Counted from the stretch's first letter, positions 46,353-56,953 are shown. The stretch is 64,000 nucleotides of DNA from Chloroflexota bacterium (GCA_965261345.1 OZ253449.1:1824001-1888000), one strand, 5' to 3'. Program-made: numbers and translations. Notes: generated by a model from the letters alone, not told the origin.

Positions 46353-47296
46353 GGGACTTCACTTCCGAGATTGAAGTTGGCCAATCGCTGGTGGTTTGCA
46401 CCGGGTTGGTCAAGATCTATAAGGTCGCCGATCTGGAGGTGGTGGCCCTGCAGGGATTGGATCTCTCAATCGGTCGTGGTGAACTGATGGCCATCATCGG
46501 CAACAGCGGTTCGGGCAAGTCGACCTTGCTAAACATCCTCGGGGGGTTGGACCGGCCGTCGGCTGGAAGTTGTCGGGTTGGCGATCTGGACCTGGTCAAC
46601 TGCTCCGAATCCGACATCGTCTTTTACAAGCGTCATATTGCCGGTTTTGTCTGGCAACAGAGTTCGCGCAACCTGATCCCTTACATATCGGCGTTGGAAA
46701 ACGTCGAGACGCCGATGATCTTCTCGGGAACATCGGGGCGGATGCGTCGCGAACGGGCTCGGGAGTTGCTGGTTACCGTCGGCCTGGCCGATCGCATGGA
46801 TCACCGCCCCGGAGAACTCTCGGGCGGCCAGCAGCAGCGGGTGGCGATCGCGGTTTCGCTGGCCAACAACCCCGACCTGCTGTTGGCCGACGAACCAACC
46901 GGCGAGGTTGACACCGAGACCGCACACCTGATCTACGATCTGTTCCACACCCTCAATCGCGAGCGCGGCCTGACCGTGATCGTGGTCTCACACGATCGCC
47001 AGATCGCCAACCAGGTTGACCGGGTGGTGGCAATTCGCGACGGGCGGACCTCGACTGAGACCGTGCGCCGGATTTCTGGAGACCAAACCGAGGGCGTATC
47101 GCACGAGGAATATGTAATCGTCGACGATGTAGGCCGGCTGCAGATTCCACAAGAGCACCTGGAAGAGGCCGGAATTTCCGGTCGTGCGGTGGTCGAATAT
47201 GAACAGGGTCGAGTTGTGATCAAACCGGCCGGCGACCAGGGAGATGCTCGCGGACGCAACGCGCCCGATCGCGGGCGTTTCCTGGGGGTCCGGTGA
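46349..47296 (+). CDS. ABC ATP-binding protein (LolD/MacB type) with C-terminal AbrB/MazE-like domain
   Basis: [17 protein letters not shown] and LADEPTG; tail '[41 protein letters not shown]'. Confidence 0.9.
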   Translation: MRDFTSEIEVGQSLVVCTGLVKIYKVADLEVVALQGLDLSIGRGELMAIIGNSGSGKSTLLNILGGLDRPSAGSCRVGDLDLVNCSESDIVFYKRHIAGFVWQQSSRNLIPYISALENVETPMIFSGTSGRMRRERARELLVTVGLADRMDHRPGELSGGQQQRVAIAVSLANNPDLLLADEPTGEVDTETAHLIYDLFHTLNRERGLTVIVVSHDRQIANQVDRVVAIRDGRTSTETVRRISGDQTEGVSHEEYVIVDDVGRLQIPQEHLEEAGISGRAVVEYEQGRVVIKPAGDQGDARGRNAPDRGRFLGVR

Positions 47297-48174
47297 TGGA
47301 CCAAAGGAAATCGGCCAACGGCGTCCTGGTTGAGCTGCGGTCAGCTAGCCGCTATTACCACGAGGGCGGAGTCAACGAGGTCCGGGCGGTTGACCAGGTC
47401 AACTTGGAAATTGGCCGACAACGTTTCGTCGCGCTGCGCGGCCGCTCCGGATCGGGAAAAACCACCCTCCTGAATCTGATCGGCGGGCTCGACAAGGTCA
47501 CCGACGGGCAGATCCTTTTCGAGGGCCAGTCGCTGGCGGACCTATCCGACAACCGGCTAACTGAGATTCGCCGTCATTCGATGGGATTCGTGTTCCAGAC
47601 CTTTAGCCTGTTGCCGGTGCTTTCGGCTTTTGAAAACGTCGAGCTGACCATGCGCATTGCCGGTATGGCGCCAGCCGAACGGGCCATACGAGCGCGCGAA
47701 CTACTCACCCTGGTTGGCCTGCGCACTCGAATGCACCATCGGCCGTTCGAGCTCTCCGGCGGCGAACAGCAGCGGGTCGCAATCGCCCGCGCACTGGCCA
47801 ATCAACCGACCCTATTAATTGCCGATGAACCTACTGGATCGTTGGATTCGGTGACTGGAATCGAGATCGTCCTGCTATTCCGGCGGGTCGTGGAGGAGCA
47901 GGGCCTCACCGTTTTGATGGCGACTCATGATCCTTCACTCTCGCAATTTACCGACGACACATGGTTGATGGAAGACGGTCGGCTCAGCCATGCCGAGGGG
48001 CCGCTGGACATTGACCTGCCCGACCTGATCCAGCACGTCGAATTCGACGACCCGCTGCTCAATCAGGAAAAGTCGGTCCACGATGCAACCCGTGCGCTCG
48101 ACGAGGTTGCCCCGCCGCGAGCGATTCCAGTGATCGGCGGTACCGACCAGTTCCGGCGGCCCGAAAAACCTTAA
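47293..48174 (+). CDS. Second ABC ATP-binding protein (LolD/MacB type)
   Basis: GRSGSGKTT, LSGGEQQR and IADEPTG; GTGA overlap with the upstream stop. Confidence 0.93.
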   Translation: MMDQRKSANGVLVELRSASRYYHEGGVNEVRAVDQVNLEIGRQRFVALRGRSGSGKTTLLNLIGGLDKVTDGQILFEGQSLADLSDNRLTEIRRHSMGFVFQTFSLLPVLSAFENVELTMRIAGMAPAERAIRARELLTLVGLRTRMHHRPFELSGGEQQRVAIARALANQPTLLIADEPTGSLDSVTGIEIVLLFRRVVEEQGLTVLMATHDPSLSQFTDDTWLMEDGRLSHAEGPLDIDLPDLIQHVEFDDPLLNQEKSVHDATRALDEVAPPRAIPVIGGTDQFRRPEKP

Positions 48175-48200
48175 ATCCGGCTGCGCCTGGTGATATCTGG

Positions 48201-48386
48201 AAGCCGGCAGCCGGTCCGGCAAAGGATGCCCGCCCGACGATGTCAGAATCCCTGGATGGAGGCCCGACACGCCTGCTCTGCGGGTCGCCAGACCCAGATG
48301 ACGTCAGCTAAGTGGACCCACAATCGGGGTATTTGCGGCGCCAACCCTGAATGCCGCCCTACGGTTAGCGCAATCGCTGCCGGTTC
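48201..48386 (+). ncRNA. ssrS: Probable 6S RNA
   Basis: About 185-nt rod. Closing stem 48202-48211/48376-48385; inner stems 48239-48245/48299-48305 and 48261-48266/48281-48286; 3'-bubble hairpin ACCC/GGGT (48316-48330). G-U pairs favour the + strand. A -10-like TGGTGATAT lies just upstream. GGAGGCCCG and GGACCCAC resemble Gram-positive-type 6S motifs as I recall them. Confidence 0.6.
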
Positions 48387-48428
48387 TCGGGTCCCGGCCG
48401 GGGCGACGCCTGCCATTGGCTTGCCTGG

Positions 48429-49031
48429 ATGAATCGGCCACCCGGATCCTTTTCCCGACTGGAGCGCTCACTGCTGGCGCCGCTGCGCCGGATCGGCGGG
48501 CCGGCGATCCTGGGAATTGCGCGCCCGTTGGCAAAACTTGGGATTTCGCCCAATGCCGTCTCACTCCTGCAGATACCGATCGGAGGGATAGTCGCCTGGT
48601 TGCTGGGGCAGAACCCGACGCTGGCACTGGCGCTCTTCGTGATGGCCCTGCTGCTGGACGGGATCGACGGGACCTTGGCCCGCGCCACCGGCAAGGCCTC
48701 TGCTTACGGTGCGCTCATCGACCAGGTCGCCGACCACGTGCGTGAACTGACCGTAATGGCCGGATTCGCGTTCGCCGGACTAATCGACGGAGGGATTGCG
48801 ACCCTCTACGCGGCGGCCTATCCGTTGACCAATGCCGTGCTGTGGATTGGTGACCGATATGACCGGCCGGTACCGCTTTCAGCCAAGGTTTGGTTTACGT
48901 TTTACCCATTTTTCGCTTTGTGGGCAATCACCGGGATTGATTGGCTCGAACCGGCTGCGCTGGCTTCGATCGGGCTGCTGCTCGCCAGCAGCGGATGGCA
49001 GCTGCGGCGGCTGCGTGCGGCCGAGCTTTGA
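48429..49031 (+). CDS. CDP-alcohol phosphatidyltransferase family protein
   Basis: 'GISPNAVS' and the signature DGIDGTLAR-x7-GALIDQVAD. Confidence 0.9.
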   Translation: MNRPPGSFSRLERSLLAPLRRIGGPAILGIARPLAKLGISPNAVSLLQIPIGGIVAWLLGQNPTLALALFVMALLLDGIDGTLARATGKASAYGALIDQVADHVRELTVMAGFAFAGLIDGGIATLYAAAYPLTNAVLWIGDRYDRPVPLSAKVWFTFYPFFALWAITGIDWLEPAALASIGLLLASSGWQLRRLRAAEL

Positions 49032-49053
49032 GATGGGCTTTTCCGACCGTCGG

Positions 49054-49920
49054 CTAGACGCTGATCCGCAGTCCGTCGCGCCCCCAGTGAAGCTCGCCGC
49101 CAAAGTGTCGGGCCACATCGGCGATCGCCCGTTCGGTTTCTCCCGGGGCCTCCATAGTCGGCGATTGGTGATTGATCAGCAGCCGCCGAGCCCCGGCCGA
49201 GGCGGCCATCCGACCGGCCGAATCGGTCGAAGTCTCCGATATGCGGCTGGGCAGGGTTTTCCCCAGGACCTCGCGGTGGACGGCTTCGATAACCGCCAGG
49301 TCGGCATCGCGACAGAGCTCAACAACCGCCTCACAGGGGGCGGTGTCGCCCGAAAACGCAAAGATTCCATCTTCGGTTTCAAATCTGAAACCGAAGCACT
49401 CAATGTACGGTTGGGCGTGCTTGACCTCGAGCGCACTCACCTGCCAGCCGTTTCCGGCAGCCACCGGCCCGTTTGCAAATTCTGAAACCTCCACCGTCGG
49501 CGGCGGTCGGTCGCCGCGGCCTCCGCGCGAGTGGTAGGCGTGGACGCTCATCGGATGGTTGGTGCGGGCGATTACGTCGTACCAGAAAACGCCCCGCTCC
49601 GGGCTCCAGAGCCGGTCGTGAATGTCGCGTAACGGCGTGGGGCCAAATACCTTGAGGTTGGGCTCGGTTCCGATCTGCTGGTCGAAACGAGTCATGAGAA
49701 AGCACGGATAGTCGGCGATGTGGTCGGAGTGCAGATGGGTAAAAAACAGATGTTCGATTTCAGTGCTAGCGACCCCGAACTGGTGTAACAGCTTGTGAGT
49801 GGAGGCCGGGCCGCAGTCAATTAGGAATTTCTGGCCCACCGCTTCAAGCAGAAAGCAGGTTCCCCAGCGGGTTAGGGCAGGCACCGGGGTGCCGCCGCCG
49901 ACTACCGAGAGACGGGCCAT
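49054..49920 (-). CDS. Metallo-beta-lactamase fold hydrolase (RNase Z/ElaC/AtsA-like)
   Basis: 'GGGTPVP', 'LIDCG', THLHSDH, 'FSGDTAP' and 'LLINH'. Confidence 0.88.
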   Translation of the reverse strand: MARLSVVGGGTPVPALTRWGTCFLLEAVGQKFLIDCGPASTHKLLHQFGVASTEIEHLFFTHLHSDHIADYPCFLMTRFDQQIGTEPNLKVFGPTPLRDIHDRLWSPERGVFWYDVIARTNHPMSVHAYHSRGGRGDRPPPTVEVSEFANGPVAAGNGWQVSALEVKHAQPYIECFGFRFETEDGIFAFSGDTAPCEAVVELCRDADLAVIEAVHREVLGKTLPSRISETSTDSAGRMAASAGARRLLINHQSPTMEAPGETERAIADVARHFGGELHWGRDGLRISV

Positions 49921-49921
49921 G

Positions 49922-50944
49922 CTAGCAAATCTCCGCCGGGCGTACCCATTGGCCCGTGCGGGCCGATCGGTAGATCGCCTGGGCGATCTTGAATTCGGCG
50001 AGCGACTGCTCGGGGCCCGCGCGCAGCGGGGTGCCGTTCAAAATCGCGTTGGCAAAGTCGCCGATCTCACCGGCGAAAGCCCCCTGAAAACCCACCGGCT
50101 CCATCACCGAGCGGCCCTCGGGCGAATCTGAATCGTATACAACCAATTCACCCGCGAATCCTTCGCGAATGGCGATTTCGCCATCTGCCCCGACGATCCG
50201 CCACCAGTCCTGCGGCCCGATGTAGCCGTCGATATTTAGGGCTTCAAAGGCTGCAGTTTTTCCGGATTCAAATCGGAATATCGCCTGGCAGTGCGACTCA
50301 CCCTCCATGGCTGCAAATGGGTGGCCGACAACCGCCACCAGCGAATCGATTTCCCCCATCCAATTGCGCAGCGGCCGGATCCAATGCGAAGACCCGTCGA
50401 CCACGATTCCGCCGCCGGTCTTGGCGGCGTTAAGGCGCCAAGGATCCTCCTCGCGGAACCACTGCTTGTCGAAGCCGTAGACAAAGTGCGCCCGGGCGGT
50501 GATCACTTCTCCGATCACGCCCTGCTCGATTAGTTCTTGGGCGCGGATAAGTTCCGGCCAAAATTCGCCGTTTTCGGCGACCGCAAATACAAGACCGGAG
50601 TTTTTGGCTGCCGCCATTATGGCGTTGCAGGAGTCCAGCGAGGTGGACATAGGTTTTTCAAGCAGGACGTGTTTGCCGGCCGCGAACGCCTGCAGCGTCA
50701 ACGGCTCGTGCAGGTGATGCGGAACCAATATTTCGACGGCATCAAAACCGCCGTCGGCCAGCGCGGCGTCCAATGTCGGGTAGGCCTTCCCGCCGGTACG
50801 GTCGGCAAGAGCCTGGGCGCGTTCCAGCACCGGGTCAACCAGCGCAGTGACCGCTACCAGGCCACCCAATTCAGCAATGCCGGTTAGGTGGTACTGGGCG
50901 ATCGAGCCGCAGCCCACTAGCGCCATACGGAGTTGTTCGGCCAA
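49922..50944 (-). CDS. Gfo/Idh/MocA family oxidoreductase
   Basis: GCGSIA, 'PHHLH', 'GKHVLLEKPM' and 'GGGIVVDGSSH'. Confidence 0.92.
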   Translation of the reverse strand: MAEQLRMALVGCGSIAQYHLTGIAELGGLVAVTALVDPVLERAQALADRTGGKAYPTLDAALADGGFDAVEILVPHHLHEPLTLQAFAAGKHVLLEKPMSTSLDSCNAIMAAAKNSGLVFAVAENGEFWPELIRAQELIEQGVIGEVITARAHFVYGFDKQWFREEDPWRLNAAKTGGGIVVDGSSHWIRPLRNWMGEIDSLVAVVGHPFAAMEGESHCQAIFRFESGKTAAFEALNIDGYIGPQDWWRIVGADGEIAIREGFAGELVVYDSDSPEGRSVMEPVGFQGAFAGEIGDFANAILNGTPLRAGPEQSLAEFKIAQAIYRSARTGQWVRPAEIC

Positions 50945-50953
50945 TTTTTTCCC

Positions 50954-51244
50954 CTATTCGGATTCGGACTCGTTTTCGTCGCGCCTTAAGACTCGACCTC
51001 GCCGGGCCATCCAGCCGGCGGCGTCCCAGGGAGCGCCCCAGAGCCACCACCAACAGCGCCGCACCAGGCGCATTGCGCCGATCGCCCAAATGACGACGAA
51101 TGCAATAAATCCTACGATCAGGGGCCAGATCCAGAGCGCCGGGATTACGATTCCACGCGAGTAGAACGCGAGATTGAGCCCCATTCCGGCGGCGGTAATT
51201 AGTAGCACCGCCACCGGCAACCGCAGCCTTGCCCACCGGTTCAA
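50954..51244 (-). CDS. Small membrane protein (2 TM)
   Basis: TTG start with AAGGGA upstream, just after the uvrB stop; two hydrophobic helices; fits the operon spacing. Confidence 0.55.
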   Translation of the reverse strand: MNRWARLRLPVAVLLITAAGMGLNLAFYSRGIVIPALWIWPLIVGFIAFVVIWAIGAMRLVRRCWWWLWGAPWDAAGWMARRGRVLRRDENESESE

Positions 51245-51254
51245 TTGCGATCCC

Positions 51255-53291
51255 TTAGCTGGCCCTGGCCGGCAGACCGGCCCGGTGGTCATGGTCAAGC
51301 ATGGCTCGAATTTCTGCTACTTCGTCGCGCAGCTCGGCGGCCCGTTCGAAATTGAGGGCATCGGCGGCGATATGCATCTCCTCTTCCAAGCGGGCCGCCC
51401 GGCGGGCGGCCTCGGCTGGCGCCAGCCGGGCGATATCGATCGAATCGCTTTTGCCAGCCCGTCGGCGGGCCGGCTGATCCGACTGTTCAGATTCGAGATT
51501 TAGCATCTCGCGGACGTCGCGCAGCTGCTTGCGTATTGATTCGGCGGTTATGCCGTGTTGGCGGTTATAGGCCACCTGCACCTGACGGCGGCGGTCGGTC
51601 TCGTCGATTGCGCGGCGCATGCTGCCGGTAACGTAATCGGCATACATGATCACCTGGCCGTCGACATGGCGCGCCGCCCGCCCCATGGTTTGGATGAGCG
51701 CACCCTCCGAGCGGAGGAAACCCTCTTTGTCGGCATCAAGAATGGCAACCAGCGTCACCTCCGGCAGATCGAGTCCTTCGCGCAACAGGTTGATCCCCAC
51801 AACCACGTCGTATACCCCGCGCCGCAGATCGTTGAGGATTTCGATCCGGTCTAGGGTGTCCACCTCCGAATGCAGATAGTGCACCTTGATGCCCAGCTCG
51901 GCCAGATACTCGGCAAGCTCCTCAGCCATGCGCTTGGTCAGGGTAGTAACCAAAGCCCGCTGGCCGATCCGAGCGCGCTTGTTGAGCTCCTCGACCAGAT
52001 CATCGATCTGTCCGCTGGTCGGTCGCACGCTAACTTGCGGATCGATCAGTCCGGTCGGCCGCACGATCTGTTCGACGATGCGCGACGAATTCTGATACTC
52101 GAATTTTGCCGGAGTGGCCGAGGTGAATACCGCCTGGTTGATATGGGTTAGAAACTCGTCGTGCGAGAGCGGACGATTGTCGAATGCCGACGGTAATCGG
52201 AAGCCGTATTCAACCAAGTTCTGTTTGCGCGACCGGTCGCCGCCCAGCATAGCTCCCACCTGGGGCAGCGCCAGATGCGATTCATCGATGATCATCAGAA
52301 AATCATCGGGCAGATAGTCGAGCAGGACCCAGGGCGGGTCGCCGGGTTTGGTGCCGGCGATATGGCGCGAATAGTTTTCAATGCCCGAGCAGTACCCGAC
52401 CTCGCGCAGCATTTCGATATCGTACCGGGTCCGCTGCTCTAGCCGGGCGGCGGCCAGCAGTTCGCCGGAAGCGCGCAGCTGCGCCAGTTGGTCGGTCAAC
52501 TCCACCTCAATCGACCCGATCGCCGTTTCGATCCGCTCGGCTGGGGCAACGTAGTGGCGGGCGGGATAGATTTCCACCGAATCCTGCTCGGCCAGAATTT
52601 CCCCGGTCAGGGTGTCAATCTGCAGGATTCGTTCGAGTTGGTCACCGAAGAATTCGCAGCGGTAGGCAAAGTCGTCATAGGACGGGAATATCTCCAGGAC
52701 GTCACCGCGCAGTCGGAAATTTCCATGGGTAGGCGCATGGTCGTTGCGCCCGTACTGCAGATCGGTCAGCCGCCGTAACAGGCGGTACAAGTCATATTCT
52801 GATCCGACCGCAAGCGCGACCTTCATCTGCCCGTAGTCGACCGGTGAGCCGATCCCGTAGATGCACGAGACCGACGCCACCACGACCACGTCGCGGCGTG
52901 AGAAAACCGAACGAGTGGCCGAAAGGCGCAGCTTCTCGATCTGCTTGTTGATGTCGACTTCCTTGTCGATATAGGTGTCGGTGCGGGCTATGTAGGCCTC
53001 CGGCTGGTAGTAGTCGTAGTAGGAGACGAAATATTCGACCGCGTTTTCCGGAAAAAAGTCGCGAAATTCCGCGCACAGCTGGGCTGCCAGTGTCTTGTTC
53101 GGGGCCAGCACCAGGGTAGGGCGATCAATCCGGGCAATTACATTGGCCATGGTGAAGGTCTTGCCCGAGCCCGTAACCCCCAGCAGGGTCTGGAATTTTT
53201 CGCCGCGGCCCAGACCCTCGATCAGGCTTTCGATTGCCGCCGGTTGGTCGCCCGCGGGGGCGAACGGCGAACGGAGTTTAAATAGACCCAT
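51255..53291 (-). CDS. uvrB: Excinuclease ABC subunit B
   Basis: 'GDQPAAI', GVTGSGKT, '[13 protein letters not shown]', DESH, '[14 protein letters not shown]' and a C-terminal UVR domain. Confidence 0.99.
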   Translation of the reverse strand: MGLFKLRSPFAPAGDQPAAIESLIEGLGRGEKFQTLLGVTGSGKTFTMANVIARIDRPTLVLAPNKTLAAQLCAEFRDFFPENAVEYFVSYYDYYQPEAYIARTDTYIDKEVDINKQIEKLRLSATRSVFSRRDVVVVASVSCIYGIGSPVDYGQMKVALAVGSEYDLYRLLRRLTDLQYGRNDHAPTHGNFRLRGDVLEIFPSYDDFAYRCEFFGDQLERILQIDTLTGEILAEQDSVEIYPARHYVAPAERIETAIGSIEVELTDQLAQLRASGELLAAARLEQRTRYDIEMLREVGYCSGIENYSRHIAGTKPGDPPWVLLDYLPDDFLMIIDESHLALPQVGAMLGGDRSRKQNLVEYGFRLPSAFDNRPLSHDEFLTHINQAVFTSATPAKFEYQNSSRIVEQIVRPTGLIDPQVSVRPTSGQIDDLVEELNKRARIGQRALVTTLTKRMAEELAEYLAELGIKVHYLHSEVDTLDRIEILNDLRRGVYDVVVGINLLREGLDLPEVTLVAILDADKEGFLRSEGALIQTMGRAARHVDGQVIMYADYVTGSMRRAIDETDRRRQVQVAYNRQHGITAESIRKQLRDVREMLNLESEQSDQPARRRAGKSDSIDIARLAPAEAARRAARLEEEMHIAADALNFERAAELRDEVAEIRAMLDHDHRAGLPARAS

Positions 53292-53383
53292 TTAAAGTAA
53301 CCGGGCAACCATAAATACCGCCCATTTTCACCTGCCGTCGCCGCCAATTATCCGGCGGACAGGGTACGATAATGGTCGCGATG

Positions 53384-53470
53384 GCCGAGGTGGCGGAATT
53401 GGCAGACGCGCTAGCTTGAGGGGCTAGTGATCTTCGGATTGTGCGGGTTCAAATCCCGCCCTCGGCACCA
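53384..53470 (+). tRNA. tRNA-Leu(GAG)
   Basis: Acceptor stem GCCGAGG/CCTCGGC plus ACCA; D-loop GGAATTGGCAGAC; anticodon stem CTAGC/GCTAG with loop TT-GAG-GG; long variable arm; T-loop GGTTCAAATCC; encoded CCA. Confidence 0.97.
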
Positions 53471-53671
53471 ACCAATAGGTCGCCGGACGCTTTGTGGAAC
53501 GAGCGGCGGGCCCGCCCGATCGCTGCGCTGCGGCCAAGCGTGGACAGTCAAATTAACTGGCCGGAAGGCACCACCGCGGGTGATCGGTTCCGGCACGGTG
53601 CCTGGCAGTCCGCCCTCGCGTCAATTGCGAAACATGGCCCGCCGTCCGTCCGCTTCCGCTTAGGGCGGCCT

Positions 53672-54892
53672 CTAGTGGACGCCTTCACGCCGCCCCAGGA
53701 TGGCGAAAACGATTACGACTGGGATCAACACGACTGCGGCCGCGAGGAAACCGGCGCGCAACGAGTACCCGAGCGCGATCGCTCCCAATAGGGGGCCTCC
53801 CACAACCTGGCCGATTGAATCGCCCTGCCCGCCAATGGACAGGACGGTGGCACGGACGGACGAGGGTACGAAGCGGTTCTGCCAGGAAATAAGCAGCGGG
53901 TCGCCGGCTCTCCGGAGCGGGCCGCGCGCCCAGAACATTGCCAAGGCAAGCGGCAGTCCGGTAGCCAGCCCGAAGGCTGCGAGGCTGCCGGTGTAGAGGA
54001 CCTGAAGGGCCATTAGAACCCGGGCCAGGATCCGGTCGTTGGAGGTGTCCACGGTGCGTCGGACGACCTCCAACGCACCGAGCGTAAGTGCAAGCGATAC
54101 GTAGCTGCTCAGACCAAACCATGCCACCGGGTCCAGCGGTCCCAGCCGCGGGAGGACGATTGTCTGCAAGAGGAACGGCGTGCTCAGTCGATCCGGGACT
54201 TCGCTCGCCGCCCCCAGTAGGAGGGGCACGATCACGACCAGCAGCAGGGCCCGCCGTCGCGCGATAACTCTGATGGCCTCGCGCAACGTGCGCCCCATCG
54301 CCTGGAACGTCCGGCGCCGGCGGGCGGGCAACGGCCGGAACCCGTTCTCGGTCATGGTCAATGCCGCCAGCACCGCCAGGCTGATGTAAATGAGTCCTCC
54401 GGCAACGATCGGGAAGGCGCGGTCGATACTCGCCAACGCGACCGATAACGACGCCCCCGCCAGCCCGCCGCCGACATTGGCCTGCGATCCCCGCAGAAGC
54501 GCTTGGGGCAGTAGTTGGGTGCCGACTTCGTCGGCTAGCCAGGCAGTCCTGGCGCCACTGACGAACGTGTGCCCGAGACCCCAAACGACCTGGGCAATCA
54601 ACAGCGCACCAAATATCGGAACCGACCCCTCGAGGACGAAACCGCCGCCTATGAGGGCTAGCCCAATTACGACCGAGAGGCGGCGACTATAGACATCGGC
54701 AACGACTCCGGTGGGGATTTCGAAGGCAAAGACGGTCGCCTCGAGTGCGGTGCCGACCAAGATGAGTTGGAGTGGGTTGAGGCCGACCGACTCGACCTGG
54801 TAAACGAGGTTGGTGGTCACGACCGTCGCAAACGCCAATCCCTCGACCGCCGACATGCCGATCGAGAGCGGGTATGCGGGCGGCCGCCTCAT
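53672..54892 (-). CDS. MFS efflux transporter, TetA(P)-like family
   Basis: 'LNPLQLILVGTALE...FEIPTGVVADVYSRRLS', 'FVSGARTAWLADE' and 'SSVRATVLS'; about 12 TM. Substrate not established. Confidence 0.85.
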   Translation of the reverse strand: MRRPPAYPLSIGMSAVEGLAFATVVTTNLVYQVESVGLNPLQLILVGTALEATVFAFEIPTGVVADVYSRRLSVVIGLALIGGGFVLEGSVPIFGALLIAQVVWGLGHTFVSGARTAWLADEVGTQLLPQALLRGSQANVGGGLAGASLSVALASIDRAFPIVAGGLIYISLAVLAALTMTENGFRPLPARRRRTFQAMGRTLREAIRVIARRRALLLVVIVPLLLGAASEVPDRLSTPFLLQTIVLPRLGPLDPVAWFGLSSYVSLALTLGALEVVRRTVDTSNDRILARVLMALQVLYTGSLAAFGLATGLPLALAMFWARGPLRRAGDPLLISWQNRFVPSSVRATVLSIGGQGDSIGQVVGGPLLGAIALGYSLRAGFLAAAVVLIPVVIVFAILGRREGVH

Positions 54893-55098
54893 TGGCCGGT
54901 CGACCCCAACCGTTGGCGCCCGACTTGGCAACTAATCCGGTAATGGCGCATGCCGGCCGATCTAGAGGAGAAAGCAGGGCGAGAACTTGCGAAAGCTGCC
55001 AATTGTGCACAGGCTGCCTGACACCCGTCGGGGCGTGTTAGATACTTGCAGCGGAAATTAACCAGGTTCGCCATATTGGCTGGAATCGAATCCCACCG

Positions 55099-56088
55099 AT
55101 GGCCAACTTGCCGCACGCGATCTCAGCCTCCCGACTCTATCGTGATTTCGGCCGCGTGCCGGCAGTTGCCGGCGTTGACCTGACCGTGGCTCCCGGTGAG
55201 GTTTACGCATTTATCGGCCCCAACGGGGCTGGCAAAACGACCACCCTGCGCATCCTTACAACGTTGCTCCTACCCACCAGTGGCCAGGCCTTCGTGGCCG
55301 GTCACGATGTGGTCGCCGATGCCGGCCTGGTGCGCCTAAAAATTGGCACTGCGTTGCAGGACGTGGGCCTCGATCCCAAGCAAACCGGCCTGGAATTGCT
55401 GCGGCTGCAGGGGGCGCTTTACGGGCTCTCGCGCCGCGAAACCGCCCAGCGGATTGGTGAACTTGAATACCTGATCGACATCGGTGATGCGCTTGGCCGC
55501 CTGATCGAGACCTATTCCGGGGGCATGAAGCGCCGACTCGATCTTGCCGCGTCGCTGATTCATTCGCCCCAGGTGCTCTTTTTGGATGAACCGACCACCG
55601 GACTGGATCCGATCAGTCGGTCGCGCGTCTGGGAGTACGTCCGCCATGTCAACCGGGAACTGGGCGTTTCCATTTTCCTAACTACCCAATACCTGGAGGA
55701 AGCCGATGCCCTGGCCGATCGGGTGGGAATCATCAATCACGGGGTGCTGGCGGCCGAGGGAACCTCCGACCAATTGAAGCGATCGGTCGGTTCGGACGTA
55801 ATCGTCGCCTCGGTCAGTGATGCCCGGCGCGCCCAGCGGGCGCTGGTTGGTCTAACTCCGGCGATGCAGACCGAGGCGTATGAGAGCGAACTGGCAATTT
55901 CCACCACCGACGGCGCTGGCCAGATAAGCCAAATTGCCCTGGCCCTCAACCGGGCCGGCGTGACCGTTACCTCATTGACCCTGCGTACGCCGACGCTTGA
56001 TGACGTATTCCTGCACGTTACCGGTGCGCGAATGCACGACGAGGCCGACGATCACACAGGTAAACCTGCCCCTGAGGTTTCCGGTTGA
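55099..56088 (+). CDS. DrrA-family ABC-2 ATP-binding protein
   Basis: GPNGAGKTT, YSGGMKRRLDLA, LDEPTTGLDP, TTQYLEEAD and C-terminal 'TLDDVFL'. Confidence 0.93.
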   Translation: MANLPHAISASRLYRDFGRVPAVAGVDLTVAPGEVYAFIGPNGAGKTTTLRILTTLLLPTSGQAFVAGHDVVADAGLVRLKIGTALQDVGLDPKQTGLELLRLQGALYGLSRRETAQRIGELEYLIDIGDALGRLIETYSGGMKRRLDLAASLIHSPQVLFLDEPTTGLDPISRSRVWEYVRHVNRELGVSIFLTTQYLEEADALADRVGIINHGVLAAEGTSDQLKRSVGSDVIVASVSDARRAQRALVGLTPAMQTEAYESELAISTTDGAGQISQIALALNRAGVTVTSLTLRTPTLDDVFLHVTGARMHDEADDHTGKPAPEVSG

Positions 56089-56903
56089 ACGCCGGCGTGG
56101 TCGGCGGTCGGCGGGTGGTCGCCAAACGGGCCGGCCTATGGCGCGATCTCTTTTACCTGGGCGGACGCGGTGTGCGATCGGTCACCCGCGATTTCGAAAT
56201 GCTGGTGACCGCGTTGATCGTCCCGGCCTTTTTCTTTGTCATCAACGTCGGTGCGCTGCAGGACCTGACCGAACTCGGGGCGGGCGGGTTGGCGACCGGG
56301 TTTGATTACAAGGCATTCCAGATCCCGGTTGCAGTTCTCTTTGCGGTAACCGGCCTGAGCCGTGCCAACATCCTGGTTTCCGACATTCAGGGAGGATACT
56401 TCGACCGCTTGGCGCTGACTCCGGTCAATCGCCTGGCGATGCTTTTGGGGTTGCTGGTTGCCGACATGGCCATCGCGGTTGTCATGACCATTCCGGTGCT
56501 GATCCTGGCGCTGGCCGTCGGCGTGAGTTTTAGCTCGGGTCCGCTCGGAGTGATCGTGCTGCTGCTGCTGACGGTGATTTGGACTGCGATCTACAACGGA
56601 TTCCCTTATGCGGTTGCCCTAAAGACCGGCAATCCGGCGATGGTCAACGCGAGCTTCATCATCTTTTTTCCGGTCGTTTTCATGAGCCCGGTTTTCGTCC
56701 CGCAGGAGGCGATGACCGGCTGGATGGCAACCATCGTGCAATTTAATCCGGTCACCTACCTGCTGCGGGGGATGCGTTCGCTGATCAACGAGGGGTGGGT
56801 ATTTGAGGACATCCTCGGCGCCCTGGCCGGAATTGCCGCGATTGGGCTTATCTCAATCCCGCTCGCGTCCTGGGCGCTGCGGGGGCGGGTGCGCCGCCGG
56901 TAG
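56085..56903 (+). CDS. DrrB-family ABC-2 permease
   Basis: 'DIQGGYFDRLALTPVNR' and 'FNPVTY'; 6 TM; TTGA overlap with the ATPase gene. Confidence 0.92.
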   Translation: MNAGVVGGRRVVAKRAGLWRDLFYLGGRGVRSVTRDFEMLVTALIVPAFFFVINVGALQDLTELGAGGLATGFDYKAFQIPVAVLFAVTGLSRANILVSDIQGGYFDRLALTPVNRLAMLLGLLVADMAIAVVMTIPVLILALAVGVSFSSGPLGVIVLLLLTVIWTAIYNGFPYAVALKTGNPAMVNASFIIFFPVVFMSPVFVPQEAMTGWMATIVQFNPVTYLLRGMRSLINEGWVFEDILGALAGIAAIGLISIPLASWALRGRVRRR

Positions 56904-56953
56904 CCGCTCCGGTTGGTCGGTGCTCCCGCACGGCGGCGGGCGTGACCCCGTGG

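Noticed and set aside
48244-48315. ydaO c-di-AMP riboswitch-like words GAATCC, GGAGG and GTCAGCTAA
   Set aside because: The required downstream pairing partner and the GGGG-U-GAAUC core are missing; a 6S-like rod explains the region better.
53384-53671. tRNA-Leu as attachment site of an integrated element
   Set aside because: No integrase and no duplicated tRNA 3' end found; the short CCTCGGCACC near 9091 is inside a CDS and likely chance.
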